Made by a program: the position numbers and the translations under genes
From: a virus
Taxonomy: Duplodnaviria; Caudoviricetes
Strand: one strand, 5' to 3'
Length of the DNA: 64,000 nucleotides
IMG/VR virus record: IMGVR_UViG_3300031577_000195
Coordinates: 1 to 64,000 of that record
The notes under the pieces: generated by a model
What the model was told of the DNA's origin: nothing
Seen by the model: only the letters and a program-made list of their open reading frames with translations
Database searches by the model: none
Part shown: positions 1 to 9,319 of the stretch, one piece after another
Position numbering within the stretch: position 1 is the stretch's first letter
Layout of the letters: every line of letters begins with the position of its first letter

Positions 1-1446
1 ATGACCACCGCAGCATTATATGCCCGCGTGTCCACAACCGAACAGGCTGAACATGGTTATTCGCTCAATGATCAAATAGAGTCCTGCCGCCAACGACTTT
101 TGTCGCAGGGATATGCGAATATTGAGCAATATATCGACGATGGATATAGCGGCGAATTCATAGACCGACCAGCACTCTCTAAACTTCGTAATGACCTCCG
201 GTCTAATTTAGTTAATATAGTAATGGTATATGATCCTGACCGATTAAGCCGCAATCTAACCAATCAGTTAATAATTGCTGATGAAATAGACAAGTATGGC
301 GCAAAACTTGACTTTATAACCGGGTCGTATGACGCTTCGCCCGAAGGCCGCTTGTTCTTTTCCATGCGTGGCGCGATTGCAGAGTTTGAAAAAGAAAAAA
401 TTCGTGAACGTAGCCTAAGAGGAAAACGGGCCAAGGTTTTATCCGGAAAGCCACTTTTTAGCAAAGAGCCCTTTGGATATAATTGCGACCGCGTAAACGG
501 TATATATATCATCAATAAAGAAGAAGCTGAGATCGTTCGCACAATCTTTAACTTATATACCGAAAAGCAATACAGTACCATCAAATTAGAAGCTGAACTA
601 AAGTTAATGGGAATTGTCAATAAAAACGGGAAACCTTTTCACCGGGCAGTATTGCATAACATACTTTCAAACGAAATGTATGCTGGAACAAAGTGGTCAT
701 TCAAAAAATATAAGAAAAACATAGGACAGCATAAACGCAAAACAATTACCCGTGATCAAAGCGAATGGGTAGCTTTATCTATACCCGCTATTATTAAAAA
801 AGAAGTATTTGATAAAGCTACCCTGATCCGAAGCCGTAATAAAGCAACTTCAAAGCGCAATACCAAGGGACAATACCTACTGCAAAATCGAATACGCTGC
901 CTTCTGTGTAATCATAAGCTAGGAGCTGTAACATTCCCAGTTAAATCTAACGGCAAATGCTATTCCTACTATGTATGTTCCAAATATAAAAACGGCTTTC
1001 CCTGTAAAAATAATAAATCCATCAATCTACTTGTACTTGATGAAGCTGTTTGGAAGGACATCGTAAGCATCTTTAAAAAACATGGTAATATAACTTCTCC
1101 CAAACCAACTCTCAACACTGTCAAAATAAATGCGAAAGCAAAAATTATAAAGCTTAATGCTAGAAAATCCGCGTTAATAAAGTGGGTTGGTAATGGTACT
1201 ATTGGACCTACCGACGCTGAGCAGGAACTCCAAAAACTTAATTCAGAACTGGCCACCCTGCAACTGATTATTTCAACACCAGATCCTGTTATTAAACCAT
1301 CTGAAGTCACTATTGATGAAATACTAGCTGCTAATACATTTGAAGAAAAACGCACCATCATGCTCCGTCTAAATATAATAATTCATGCATGTAAAAATGA
1401 AAAAGGCGAAATACTTTATGAAATAACTAAGCAAAATACTTTTTAA
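1..1446 (+). CDS. int: Large serine recombinase (phage integrase)
   Basis: N-terminal resolvase motif YARVST (catalytic Ser), DRLSR, then recombinase domain, CxxC...C zinc ribbon and coiled coil; 481 aa. Confidence 0.95.
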   Translation: MTTAALYARVSTTEQAEHGYSLNDQIESCRQRLLSQGYANIEQYIDDGYSGEFIDRPALSKLRNDLRSNLVNIVMVYDPDRLSRNLTNQLIIADEIDKYGAKLDFITGSYDASPEGRLFFSMRGAIAEFEKEKIRERSLRGKRAKVLSGKPLFSKEPFGYNCDRVNGIYIINKEEAEIVRTIFNLYTEKQYSTIKLEAELKLMGIVNKNGKPFHRAVLHNILSNEMYAGTKWSFKKYKKNIGQHKRKTITRDQSEWVALSIPAIIKKEVFDKATLIRSRNKATSKRNTKGQYLLQNRIRCLLCNHKLGAVTFPVKSNGKCYSYYVCSKYKNGFPCKNNKSINLLVLDEAVWKDIVSIFKKHGNITSPKPTLNTVKINAKAKIIKLNARKSALIKWVGNGTIGPTDAEQELQKLNSELATLQLIISTPDPVIKPSEVTIDEILAANTFEEKRTIMLRLNIIIHACKNEKGEILYEITKQNTF

Positions 1447-1447
1447 T

Positions 1448-1500
1448 ATTGTGTCGCTTTTATACATATGGTTATGATGCATGATGACATTTTCATGGTA
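1448..1500. other. Candidate attP-like site
   Basis: Imperfect inverted symmetry (TGTC..CATA / TATG..GACA) directly after the integrase stop; position is typical but support is weak. Confidence 0.2.
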
Positions 1501-1620
1501 AACCTTTCAGCCCACAAATAGCCTTCAACAGCTTGTACTACCTACATTTTATGTTATCGGCTTTTGGGAACATTTGTTCACTTCTGAGAACTCAAGTATT
1601 CCTTACACCTTAAATAAGCT

Positions 1621-1803
1621 TTAAATACTTTTAGTACGAGACTGTTTTATAAACCACTCGTCCAATGCATTTTTATTCACCCTCCACTGTACTCCAAGTT
1701 TCACCGAGGGGAAACTGCGCCTACGGCATAACTCATAAGTTTTAGACAAAGATATATTCAAGTATGTCGCAGTTTCCTCTACAGTTATATAATTGTTGTT
1801 CAT
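1621..1803 (-). CDS. Excisionase/Cro-like helix-turn-helix protein (HTH_17-like)
   Basis: YITVEETATYLNISLSKTYELCRRRSFPSVKLGVQWRV pattern; AGGAGG SD precedes ATG at 1803. Confidence 0.85.
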   Translation of the reverse strand: MNNNYITVEETATYLNISLSKTYELCRRRSFPSVKLGVQWRVNKNALDEWFIKQSRTKSI

Positions 1804-1823
1804 ATACAATTCCCTCCTATCAA

Positions 1824-1910
1824 ACTTTAACAAAATCCATAGCAAAGTAACTTTTTATGTATTTTGCTTGCTTTTGTTAAATACTTTTGTTAAAATACAA
1901 GTAACAAATA
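1824..1910. promoter_or_regulatory. Divergent switch region with repeated TTTTGTTAA/TTAACAAAA sites
   Basis: Several TTTTGTTAAA-type boxes in both orientations between divergent HTH genes. Confidence 0.5.
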
Positions 1911-1933
1911 TTTTTGCTGGGGTGGTTATTAAA

Positions 1934-2314
1934 ATGAATCTTATTAATTGGGCTAAAGTTAAGCAACTTAGAATAAACCTTAATATTAACCAAACTGAAA
2001 TGGCTAAGAAGCTTGGGTTAAGGACTCAAACGCTATATGCCTTCTATGAAACAGGCAAAGCTAAGACCATTACCCAAGATTTTATAGATAAACTTGCGTT
2101 GGCACTTGAGTGTAAAGCAGAAGATTTCCTCAGAGTAGATGAAATTGTACTTAAGGATTACACCTTAGATCAAAAACGGCGCATCGCTTCAGAACAACAT
2201 CGCACATTTGTTAGTCTTTATACTGAGGAAGAAGAAGAGTTCCTTGCGTCAACCGAAGGTCAGCAATTAGTAAAAAAACTTATGCTTGAACAATGGGCTA
2301 AAAAGGCGAACTAA
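1934..2314 (+). CDS. XRE-family HTH repressor (CI-like)
   Basis: LRINLNINQTEMAKKLG...YETG...LALALEC HTH; divergent from xis-like gene; ATG at 1934. Confidence 0.85.
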   Translation: MNLINWAKVKQLRINLNINQTEMAKKLGLRTQTLYAFYETGKAKTITQDFIDKLALALECKAEDFLRVDEIVLKDYTLDQKRRIASEQHRTFVSLYTEEEEEFLASTEGQQLVKKLMLEQWAKKAN

Positions 2315-2335
2315 TTATGAGTTCGTTCTTTTTTT
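2301..2335. terminator. Bidirectional intrinsic terminator
   Basis: AAAAAGGCGAAC-taattatga-GTTCGTTCTTTTTTT. Confidence 0.7.
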
Positions 2336-2401
2336 ATGGTGATGCGCGAATGTATTTCATAACTTACCTCCTTTGTTATCCTTTGAGTATCATAGGCAGA
2401 C

Positions 2402-5400
2402 CTATAGTGCCTTTATGTCTTCTAACAGTCCCTTACTATCGACAAACTTATATTGACTCCCCTGTTTAACTATCGATTTCCACTTACGCCACTGTGAAGC
2501 AAACACTGTGGTTTTTATTTCGCCGTAATCTGTAGACCACGTAAGAAATGCCATAGGCCTTCCCTTTTTGTCATCCTTAATGAAAATGCGAGTGATAGTG
2601 CCGGTCTTGACTTTAGGTAACGCTCTAGAGCTGAACCCAAGTACCTCTATTTCACCTTTGGCCTCATCAAACTTTTCTAGACTAATCTCAAGCTGTTTAA
2701 GTTCATCAAGTTTCTTTTGTAGTCTGCAGTTGTCTTTCTCACGATTAGCTATTTGGCTTTCAATAGTTTTGTACTTCTTAAGTGTCTTTTTTGTATTCAG
2801 TAGTTCCAGCTTAAGTTCTTCAATACGTTGGCTATTGCTAGTTAACTTAGACATAGTTTTAGCACGATCATCAGGAATGTTGTATGCCTGGACTAACATT
2901 TGGTATCTCGGAATTTCATAGAAGTCACACGCACCAGACTTCACAAGAGCCGCCAATGTATCTTTTGCATTATTTTTCACTAGCACATCAAATGTGTCAA
3001 TGTCAGATATTTTTAGCTTCTTACCTATACCCTTAATATAATATAGACCTGTCCGAAGGTTTCCTTCTTCTATAACCCACTCGATATTTCCCTTGCGTAT
3101 ATCTGGTGGCAAAATCTTAACCCCAAGACGCTTAACTTCATTTATATATGGAACAATTGCATCCTGAGAATTTTCCTCTGAATTGATAGTGGCACACAAG
3201 AATTGTAATGGATAGTGAGCCTTAAGATATGATGTTTGATACGCAACTAAACCATAAGCTGCAGAATGTCCTTTATTAAATCCATAGAGCGCGAATGTAA
3301 CTATTCTGTCCGATATCTTGTTCATTACATCTTCAGGAATACCATTGGCTACACCCCGAGAAATCAATTGGTCAATCGCTGGTTTCATCTCATCAATTTT
3401 CTTTTTGCCTATGATACGTCGAAGTACATCGGCTTCACCTAGCGAATAACCACATAGCTCTTTAGCTATCTGAAGAATTTGCTCTTGATAAAGAATTATT
3501 GAGTACGTATCACGCAGTATTGGCTCAAGTTTCGGATGTAAATATACTGGTTCTATTTCGCCATTTCTTACCTTTACATATGTCTGAACCATTGTGTCTC
3601 CAGTTTCTTCTACCTTTGCATCAAGAGGCCCAGGACGAAACAAGGCTACTAGTGGTATTAAATCAGAAAACTCTTTAGGCTTAATCTGTTTTACTAATTG
3701 AGTCATACCCTGTGACGATATTTGGAAACAACCACAAGTTTCACCATTAATTAGCATTTGAGATGTCTTTTTGTCATCATCAGGTATTTTTAAAATATCT
3801 ATTGGAGTATCTAATAAATTAATTGTCTCCTGTATAACATCAAGTGTCTTCAAGCCAAGCATATCAAGTTTCATTAGCCCCATTTCTTCAAGGTACTTAA
3901 AATTACAAGCAGCAACATAATTAACATTGCCAGTTTTACTTTCTACTTGCCGTTCCACAGAACAGAATTTATTAATATCTTCATTTAAAACAATTAGTGC
4001 CGAAGCATGTTTTGAGTAACCTGATATTATCCCTATGAACCTTTTGGCTAATTCAATTAGTTCCGCTGTTTCATCTGTTTTTATATGATCTAACATCCAA
4101 ATCTTTTGTTCATAAGACGATATATCTTCTTCATCAGATTCATATTTAGTTAATGATTTTGATAACTGAATTGTATACTGTGAGTCATATCCAAGTGCCT
4201 TACCCGCAATTCCTATGGCCTTACCTGCGGCAATTGTACTAAAGGTTCTACATTGGTAAACTTCACCATATTTACTCTTAATATAATCAATCAGTTTTCC
4301 TCTGTGTTTTCTAGATAAATCATTATCAATATCCGGAGGGCTTAATCTTTCCATATGGGCAAAGCGTTCGAAGACCAAATTATTTTTTAATGGGTCTAAT
4401 TGAGTAATTCCCATAAGCCAAGCGACTTCACTAGCTACTACAGAACCACGTCCAGGGCCAAAGGGGATATTGTTTTCTCTCCCGTACTTATAGAGGTCAC
4501 TAGTAATTAAAAAGTAGGATGGATAGTCTTGACTAATGATAACTGGCATTTCTACCTTGTTGAATCTATCTGCGTAATCTTGCCAATTGGGATATTTGCT
4601 AATACCCTTTTTCCTCCAACCAACGCGACATTGCTTCTTAACTTCTTCTACGGGGTCATCACAGGGGTACACAGGATAATACTTTTTGCCAAACTCAATA
4701 GTCACATCGGACTTATCTGATAATAACTGTGTATTAGCCAATGATTGCCATACAATGTCGCTAGGTAGATAATTGAGATTTTCTCTGATTTCATCCTCTG
4801 ATTGCAAATACAGCGTCCTGTCGATATTCTCAGAAGCATCTTGTGTTTTACTAGTGTTTTTAAAATACTCTCTTAAGTCACAATCGGATTTAACTGAGAA
4901 ATGAGCATCAGTTGCAGCTATAAGCGGAATATCATATCTTCGGCTTAATTCAATAAGTCTACGATTGTAAACATATTGTTCTTCGCATTGGTATGTATGT
5001 AGCTCAAGGAATATATCATCGTGAAATATCTCATGCAACTTTACAAGAGTTTCTTCTCCAGTTGAACTATTGATAAATCCACCGAGACATGCGCTTCCCA
5101 CCATCAATCCCCTGGAATACTTTCGAATTAAATCAAGATCAACACGTGACTTATAATAGTAGTTATTTGGTGAATTACCTTTATCTCCATGAGCTTCTGA
5201 TGTTAACTTGTAAAGATTCTCAAGGCCTTCATTTGTTTTTGCCCAAAAGGTAATATGACGTAAATCTCGTTGCTGTATCGTTAAATCATGAGTCAAATAA
5301 AGTTCTGCTCCTGGAATCAGCTTAATCCCAGCCTTTTTAGATTGCTTATATGCATCAACTATACCTGAACAGGTGTTATGATCTGTGATTGCCCATGCAG

Positions 5401-5506
5401 TTTGACCTAAGTTTTTCAATTGTTTGATTATAGATTCTATCCTGTTTACTGAATCATACATGCCATAGTTTGAATAGTCGGTATGAACATGCGGTGGTAC
5501 GAACAT
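2402..5506 (-). CDS. dnaE: DNA polymerase III alpha subunit (DnaE-type, PHP domain)
   Basis: HVHTDYS, AITDHN, TDAHF (PHP); GPGRGSVVAS; PPDIDND catalytic motif; YQEQILQ; FNKGHSAAY; C-terminal OB fold. Confidence 0.97.
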   Translation of the reverse strand: MFVPPHVHTDYSNYGMYDSVNRIESIIKQLKNLGQTAWAITDHNTCSGIVDAYKQSKKAGIKLIPGAELYLTHDLTIQQRDLRHITFWAKTNEGLENLYKLTSEAHGDKGNSPNNYYYKSRVDLDLIRKYSRGLMVGSACLGGFINSSTGEETLVKLHEIFHDDIFLELHTYQCEEQYVYNRRLIELSRRYDIPLIAATDAHFSVKSDCDLREYFKNTSKTQDASENIDRTLYLQSEDEIRENLNYLPSDIVWQSLANTQLLSDKSDVTIEFGKKYYPVYPCDDPVEEVKKQCRVGWRKKGISKYPNWQDYADRFNKVEMPVIISQDYPSYFLITSDLYKYGRENNIPFGPGRGSVVASEVAWLMGITQLDPLKNNLVFERFAHMERLSPPDIDNDLSRKHRGKLIDYIKSKYGEVYQCRTFSTIAAGKAIGIAGKALGYDSQYTIQLSKSLTKYESDEEDISSYEQKIWMLDHIKTDETAELIELAKRFIGIISGYSKHASALIVLNEDINKFCSVERQVESKTGNVNYVAACNFKYLEEMGLMKLDMLGLKTLDVIQETINLLDTPIDILKIPDDDKKTSQMLINGETCGCFQISSQGMTQLVKQIKPKEFSDLIPLVALFRPGPLDAKVEETGDTMVQTYVKVRNGEIEPVYLHPKLEPILRDTYSIILYQEQILQIAKELCGYSLGEADVLRRIIGKKKIDEMKPAIDQLISRGVANGIPEDVMNKISDRIVTFALYGFNKGHSAAYGLVAYQTSYLKAHYPLQFLCATINSEENSQDAIVPYINEVKRLGVKILPPDIRKGNIEWVIEEGNLRTGLYYIKGIGKKLKISDIDTFDVLVKNNAKDTLAALVKSGACDFYEIPRYQMLVQAYNIPDDRAKTMSKLTSNSQRIEELKLELLNTKKTLKKYKTIESQIANREKDNCRLQKKLDELKQLEISLEKFDEAKGEIEVLGFSSRALPKVKTGTITRIFIKDDKKGRPMAFLTWSTDYGEIKTTVFASQWRKWKSIVKQGSQYKFVDSKGLLEDIKAL

Positions 5507-5547
5507 CTAACTCCTCCTTTTGTTAACTTTTGAGTATTTTAGACAGA

Positions 5548-5778
5548 CTAATCCCCCACCAGTATCCAAAGTTTCCTTTTGCCAATCTTAAGCTCTAATA
5601 TATCGGGCTTATCTAATGTTGCCCACAGTTCAGGTTTATTACGTCTTACTTCAGATGTAGACTTAAATATCCCAAGGTTGACCAGTAACTTCGGTAGAAA
5701 TCTTTCGGTTGTAACTATTGGATCGCTAAAACCTAATTCCGCAGGTGGAACTAAAGGTGTTCCTATGACAATATCCAT
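5548..5778 (-). CDS. Small S4-like protein resembling the TyrRS C-terminal domain
   Basis: LPKLLVNLGIFKSTSEVRR...LELKIGKRKLWILV resembles the S4 consensus (LV..G...SKSEARR...GKKK). Confidence 0.5.
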   Translation of the reverse strand: MDIVIGTPLVPPAELGFSDPIVTTERFLPKLLVNLGIFKSTSEVRRNKPELWATLDKPDILELKIGKRKLWILVGD

Positions 5779-6065
5779 TAGTTTTCCTCCATATACTTAA
5801 GCAAACCCCTAGCTACCCCAACAAGTTCCACCGGATACTCTTTGATGACAGATGAACCTACAGTCCAACTTGGGCATAGTCTATGGTACTTAACTTTGGC
5901 TGCAATCTTAGGGTACTCGCTCACGAGTTTCTTGAGTTCTCTCTCTCGTTTATCATACTCAGCATCAGGCATTATGTTAGCATCAAAACAGTAATAACAT
6001 ATTCTAGCAACTATTGTTTGCCTACGTCTACGCAAGATTAACTCACGTATTTCATCTTCAGTCAT
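5778..6065 (-). CDS. Stand-alone NAD-dependent DNA ligase domain Ia-like protein
   Basis: YYCFDANIMPDAEYDKRERELKKL matches LigA N-terminal YY.D.P.ISDAEYD.L..EL..LE; no adenylation domain. Confidence 0.6.
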   Translation of the reverse strand: MTEDEIRELILRRRRQTIVARICYYCFDANIMPDAEYDKRERELKKLVSEYPKIAAKVKYHRLCPSWTVGSSVIKEYPVELVGVARGLLKYMEEN

Positions 6066-6184
6066 AGCCTTACTCCCCTTTGCCCGACTATTTGATATTC
6101 ATTAGTCTTAACCTTTTGTTTCGACTTAAACCAAGTCCAAGGTTTCAGCCAATGCTTACTAGATGTTTCCCAAAGTTCTATCAT
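6062..6184 (-). CDS. Hypothetical 40-aa protein
   Basis: AAGGAGG SD + ATG; MIELWETSSKHWLKPWTWFK...; coupled overlaps with neighbours; below ORF-track cutoff. Confidence 0.55.
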   Translation of the reverse strand: MIELWETSSKHWLKPWTWFKSKQKVKTNEYQIVGQRGVRL

Positions 6185-6318
6185 TGGTTTCCCTCCTTAT
6201 CTCCACAAACAGCAAACGGCATAATATCATCAGATTCATCAATGAATTTTAGAAAATCTTCATCAGACATTTCTGCAAATCGCTTCATTAGGCCATCCCA
6301 ATATTCCTTACTTCCCAT
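6181..6318 (-). CDS. Hypothetical 45-aa acidic protein
   Basis: GGGAGG SD + ATG; MGSKEYWDGLMKRFAEMSDEDF... Confidence 0.55.
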   Translation of the reverse strand: MGSKEYWDGLMKRFAEMSDEDFLKFIDESDDIMPFAVCGDKEGNQ

Positions 6319-6424
6319 CGTTTTCCTCCCACCAGTCATGACATTGCTCACAATAGCATAACCCTTCGATATTACTCACGATTCTACCACAGTATTTGCA
6401 TTTGACTCTCTCTACTCTTACCAC
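6308..6424 (-). CDS. Hypothetical 38-aa zinc-ribbon protein
   Basis: AGGAGG SD + GTG; CKYC...CEQC. Confidence 0.55.
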   Translation of the reverse strand: MVRVERVKCKYCGRIVSNIEGLCYCEQCHDWWEENDGK

Positions 6425-6579
6425 TAGATTACCTCCTGTTGTATTAATACTTTATCTCCATACAAGTCTACTTCATTTATAAACTTTTGCGCTTCTATTA
6501 CATCAGCATAAGTACGTATTGGTTTATAGGTTGTATGTCCATAGTATTTCTCAACTTTACACACAATGTTGATTATCAT
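6424..6579 (-). CDS. Hypothetical 51-aa protein
   Basis: AGGAGG SD + ATG; MIINIVCKVEKYYG... Confidence 0.55.
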   Translation of the reverse strand: MIINIVCKVEKYYGHTTYKPIRTYADVIEAQKFINEVDLYGDKVLIQQEVI

Positions 6580-6590
6580 TAGTTCCTCCT

Positions 6591-6887
6591 TTAGTTAATC
6601 TTGTAATAATTTCCTTCATTGTATATCTGATACTCTTCTTTAGTAACACTTGTACTATAGCTTTTGTTACCGTCAGTAATTGTAAAGCTATAACTATCAG
6701 GAACATAATTCATGAATCCACTTTTGCCAGTAGATACCCAATAATAGTAACCTTCGTAATGACATTTCGACACTATATTTCCTTCTGGTATTTTGTTAAG
6801 GTAGTTCTTATGCGCGTCATATGCAAATACAGACAGAAATACAATGCCAACACAGGCTATAACTAGCCTTACAATTAATTTGCCCAT
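6591..6887 (-). CDS. Hypothetical protein with N-terminal membrane anchor
   Basis: AAAGGAGG SD; hydrophobic N-terminus. Confidence 0.7.
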   Translation of the reverse strand: MGKLIVRLVIACVGIVFLSVFAYDAHKNYLNKIPEGNIVSKCHYEGYYYWVSTGKSGFMNYVPDSYSFTITDGNKSYSTSVTKEEYQIYNEGNYYKIN

Positions 6888-6900
6888 CCTTACCTCCTTT

Positions 6901-6981
6901 AGAATCGATTTTGATGTCAGAAACCATAGTTATAAAGGGTGTTTTTAGTGGTTTTAGAACTATGGTATACATTTGTATTCA
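6901..6981. repeat. Dispersed ~80-bp intergenic element, copy A (inverted relative to B and C)
   Basis: Reverse complement aligns to 30108-30188 and 50622-50701. Confidence 0.85.
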
Positions 6982-7167
6982 CTGACTAAAAAGTTATCAA
7001 AAGTCCCCATTTAAAGTGTATTTTTTTGTTATCTTTTGAGTATCTTAGGCATAAAAAAATCACGACCAGAGTCTCATCTTTTGTCCCCCTTTATTTCTCT
7101 CACCGTTATAATATCAAAGAATAACAAAGGTGTCAACAATTATTTTAACAAAGGTCCCACAAACGCA

Positions 7168-7210
7168 AAAAAGAGGGGCAACACAAGATTTCTCTCATGT
7201 TGCCCCTCGG
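7168..7210 (-). terminator. Intrinsic terminator ending the late/lysis transcript
   Basis: GAGGGGCAACA...TGTTGCCCCTC stem with U-tract on the minus strand. Confidence 0.75.
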
Positions 7211-7211
7211 T

Positions 7212-7655
7212 TTAAACTAAAGCTCTATATAAGTCTGCTGGAGTTACACAATCAGCATAAACTCCAGGTAATACATCAAGTCCACCTGCACGTAATATTC
7301 TAGTTACAGCCTCAGAACAATTCACAGTTACCTCTCCATCTCCCGGTACTTGCACTCCAGTAATATCATGGATACCGCCGTTGATACAATCGATATAACC
7401 ATAAGGTGTATACAGTAATCGTTTGGCTTCTAACTCAGCATCTTCTATCTTAGGTATATCTACAGTTGCTACTACTGTTTTGCAGTCTCTATACTCATCT
7501 ACAGGTGACTTAACAAACCCTTTTAAAGTAGCTTCCAAAAGTGAGTCCAATAAAAATATCCCTGTGTGACTTGGGTTTTCTCCCTTGCCTTCTGCAGCAT
7601 CTATAATCTTGCCTATCCAGTCATGGGCAAAGACAAATAGAACTTTTACCTCCAT
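7212..7655 (-). CDS. Permuted papain-like amidase (YiiX/YaeF-type NlpC/P60)
   Basis: SHTGI (His) precedes NCSEAV (Cys); TPADL C-terminal motif. Confidence 0.7.
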   Translation of the reverse strand: MEVKVLFVFAHDWIGKIIDAAEGKGENPSHTGIFLLDSLLEATLKGFVKSPVDEYRDCKTVVATVDIPKIEDAELEAKRLLYTPYGYIDCINGGIHDITGVQVPGDGEVTVNCSEAVTRILRAGGLDVLPGVYADCVTPADLYRALV

Positions 7656-7714
7656 ATATACACTCTCCCCATAAAAAAGTAAAAGGCCCGATCATAAGAC
7701 CGAGCCAAAGGTGA

Positions 7715-8281
7715 TTATAGTTTACTTTTTACCCAATTGGAGCCTTTTGCAATTCCAACAGTAGCTAAACCAATTTCACCGATATTCCTAATTTTTACCC
7801 AAATACTATCTGTTGTCTTGATCTCATTCAATAATTTCGTAACTACGCTGACGGAACCAGTAGAAGTCGCAGTTGTCAGGATTGTTGTTGCAGCTTCAGC
7901 AACAGCGTCAGCCACATCATCCAAACTGTCAGCAGAAGTAGCACTGGCAATTGCAGAATCTAAAGCACTGTCAAGAGTAGACGTTGTAGTTTCTGCAGTT
8001 AAAGCAATAGTTCCATCTACAGTTTCATCAGCAACAACAGTTACATCGGCAGTATTACTTGTGTAACCGTCTAGCTCTGCAGTAAAGGTATAAGTTGCAA
8101 CCTCAAGACCTTCGACGGTTACTTGTCCATTGGCATCAGTAGTAGCATCACAGACAACAGAGTCAACCGTATAGCTTACTGTTGCTCCTTCTAATGCTGT
8201 GCCAGAGCTGTCCTGTACTGTGATAGTTACGCTTCCAGTTACTACCGTTTCATCATCAGCAAACAATTGTAAATTAAACAT
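7715..8281 (-). CDS. Ig/carboxypeptidase-regulatory-like domain protein with N-terminal NLQLFA motif
   Basis: MFNLQLFA start; VTITVQDSSGTALEGATV beta-sandwich; C-terminal amphipathic helix. Confidence 0.7.
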   Translation of the reverse strand: MFNLQLFADDETVVTGSVTITVQDSSGTALEGATVSYTVDSVVCDATTDANGQVTVEGLEVATYTFTAELDGYTSNTADVTVVADETVDGTIALTAETTTSTLDSALDSAIASATSADSLDDVADAVAEAATTILTTATSTGSVSVVTKLLNEIKTTDSIWVKIRNIGEIGLATVGIAKGSNWVKSKL

Positions 8282-8331
8282 TTCACATTACCCCTTTATA
8301 TTTTTGATATCTATAATAAAAGACCGCCGTG

Positions 8332-8856
8332 TTAACAGCAGTCTTGTCGTTGGTAGAATATAGCTTTGCCCCTTATGGTATCTCCACCAGTTCCAGGTTC
8401 ATCACCATTGGCTAGAATCCATAAGTCCCATCGTTCACAAGTTGTCTTAGGGCCATAATCGTCTTCATCAGCTTGTTCAGCATGAGTCTTCACATGGTCA
8501 TAATCACAAGGTATATCTAATGAAGTACATAAAGTAGCCACTACTTGTGCCATAGATTCAATCTGTAGATCAGTCGGTGGTTCATTGCCTAAGTCATTCG
8601 TAGTTGCCTTTGCACAGCACGCTAGTGATACCGCGATTGCACCAGTGTTGTGTCTCCATGTATGCGGCTTGTATTCCGTAAGATCATCTGTAGAAACAAA
8701 AACACTACCATCAGCATCGATGTTAATGTGGTAATCATCGAAAAACTGACCGTAGTGACCTGCAGACCAATGAAGGTATATCTTGTCAATCTGTCCACTT
8801 GCTTCTACCGCAAGTTCCTTTAGTTCTTCTAAGGCTACCTTCTGCGTATCAATCAC
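8332..8856 (-). CDS. N-acetylmuramoyl-L-alanine amidase (Amidase_2-like endolysin)
   Basis: IYLHWSAG, YHINIDADG, HTWRHNTGAIAVSL, THAE zinc-amidase motifs. Confidence 0.85.
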   Translation of the reverse strand: MIDTQKVALEELKELAVEASGQIDKIYLHWSAGHYGQFFDDYHINIDADGSVFVSTDDLTEYKPHTWRHNTGAIAVSLACCAKATTNDLGNEPPTDLQIESMAQVVATLCTSLDIPCDYDHVKTHAEQADEDDYGPKTTCERWDLWILANGDEPGTGGDTIRGKAIFYQRQDCC

Positions 8857-8860
8857 TCCT

Positions 8861-9157
8861 TTAGTGCATTAGTTTAAACAAAAATAACCCTATATTTAGG
8901 GCTACACTTATGGCACATCCATATATCCAAAGTTTCAGACGGTTCTCAACATCTCTAATTTCAAGTTCCAGTATTTCCTTAGTGATAAACTTGTCTTGCA
9001 TAATACCAATTGACTCCTTAATTTCAACTAACATATCTTTCATGTTTTTTACATCGTAAGGTAATCCATTAAGCATTTTGTAGAGTTCATCTATGTCTTT
9101 CTTGTTCTCTCTTATAGCTTCATCATGTGCTAAATAATGCGCCTCACATTCTCCCAT
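8861..9157 (-). CDS. Coiled-coil protein with C-terminal TM helix (holin/XhlA-like)
   Basis: Heptad region then WIYGCAISVALNIGLFLF; lies in lysis block. Confidence 0.55.
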   Translation of the reverse strand: MGECEAHYLAHDEAIRENKKDIDELYKMLNGLPYDVKNMKDMLVEIKESIGIMQDKFITKEILELEIRDVENRLKLWIYGCAISVALNIGLFLFKLMH

Positions 9158-9165
9158 TAGATCAC

Positions 9166-9315
9166 CTACATTCCAATCAAGATATTCTTTAGTGCGATTA
9201 AGTCAAAGTTAGTACCAAGGTATGCATTAGATAAATACGCTAGTATTAAAATGACGCCTACGATAATATAGCGTTTCTTGTTGTCGCTCATATGAGATAA
9301 AACTTTAGTTAGCAT
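9166..9315 (-). CDS. Small holin-like membrane protein (49 aa)
   Basis: MLTKVLSHMSDNKKRYIIVGVILILAYLSNAYLG...; between two lysins; below ORF-track cutoff. Confidence 0.55.
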   Translation of the reverse strand: MLTKVLSHMSDNKKRYIIVGVILILAYLSNAYLGTNFDLIALKNILIGM

Positions 9316-9319
9316 AAGT

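Noticed and set aside
1448-1620. Host/prophage junction (attL/attR) and short ORFs after the integrase
   Set aside because: Phage genes continue immediately to the right and no host gene is recognisable; kept only as a low-confidence attP candidate
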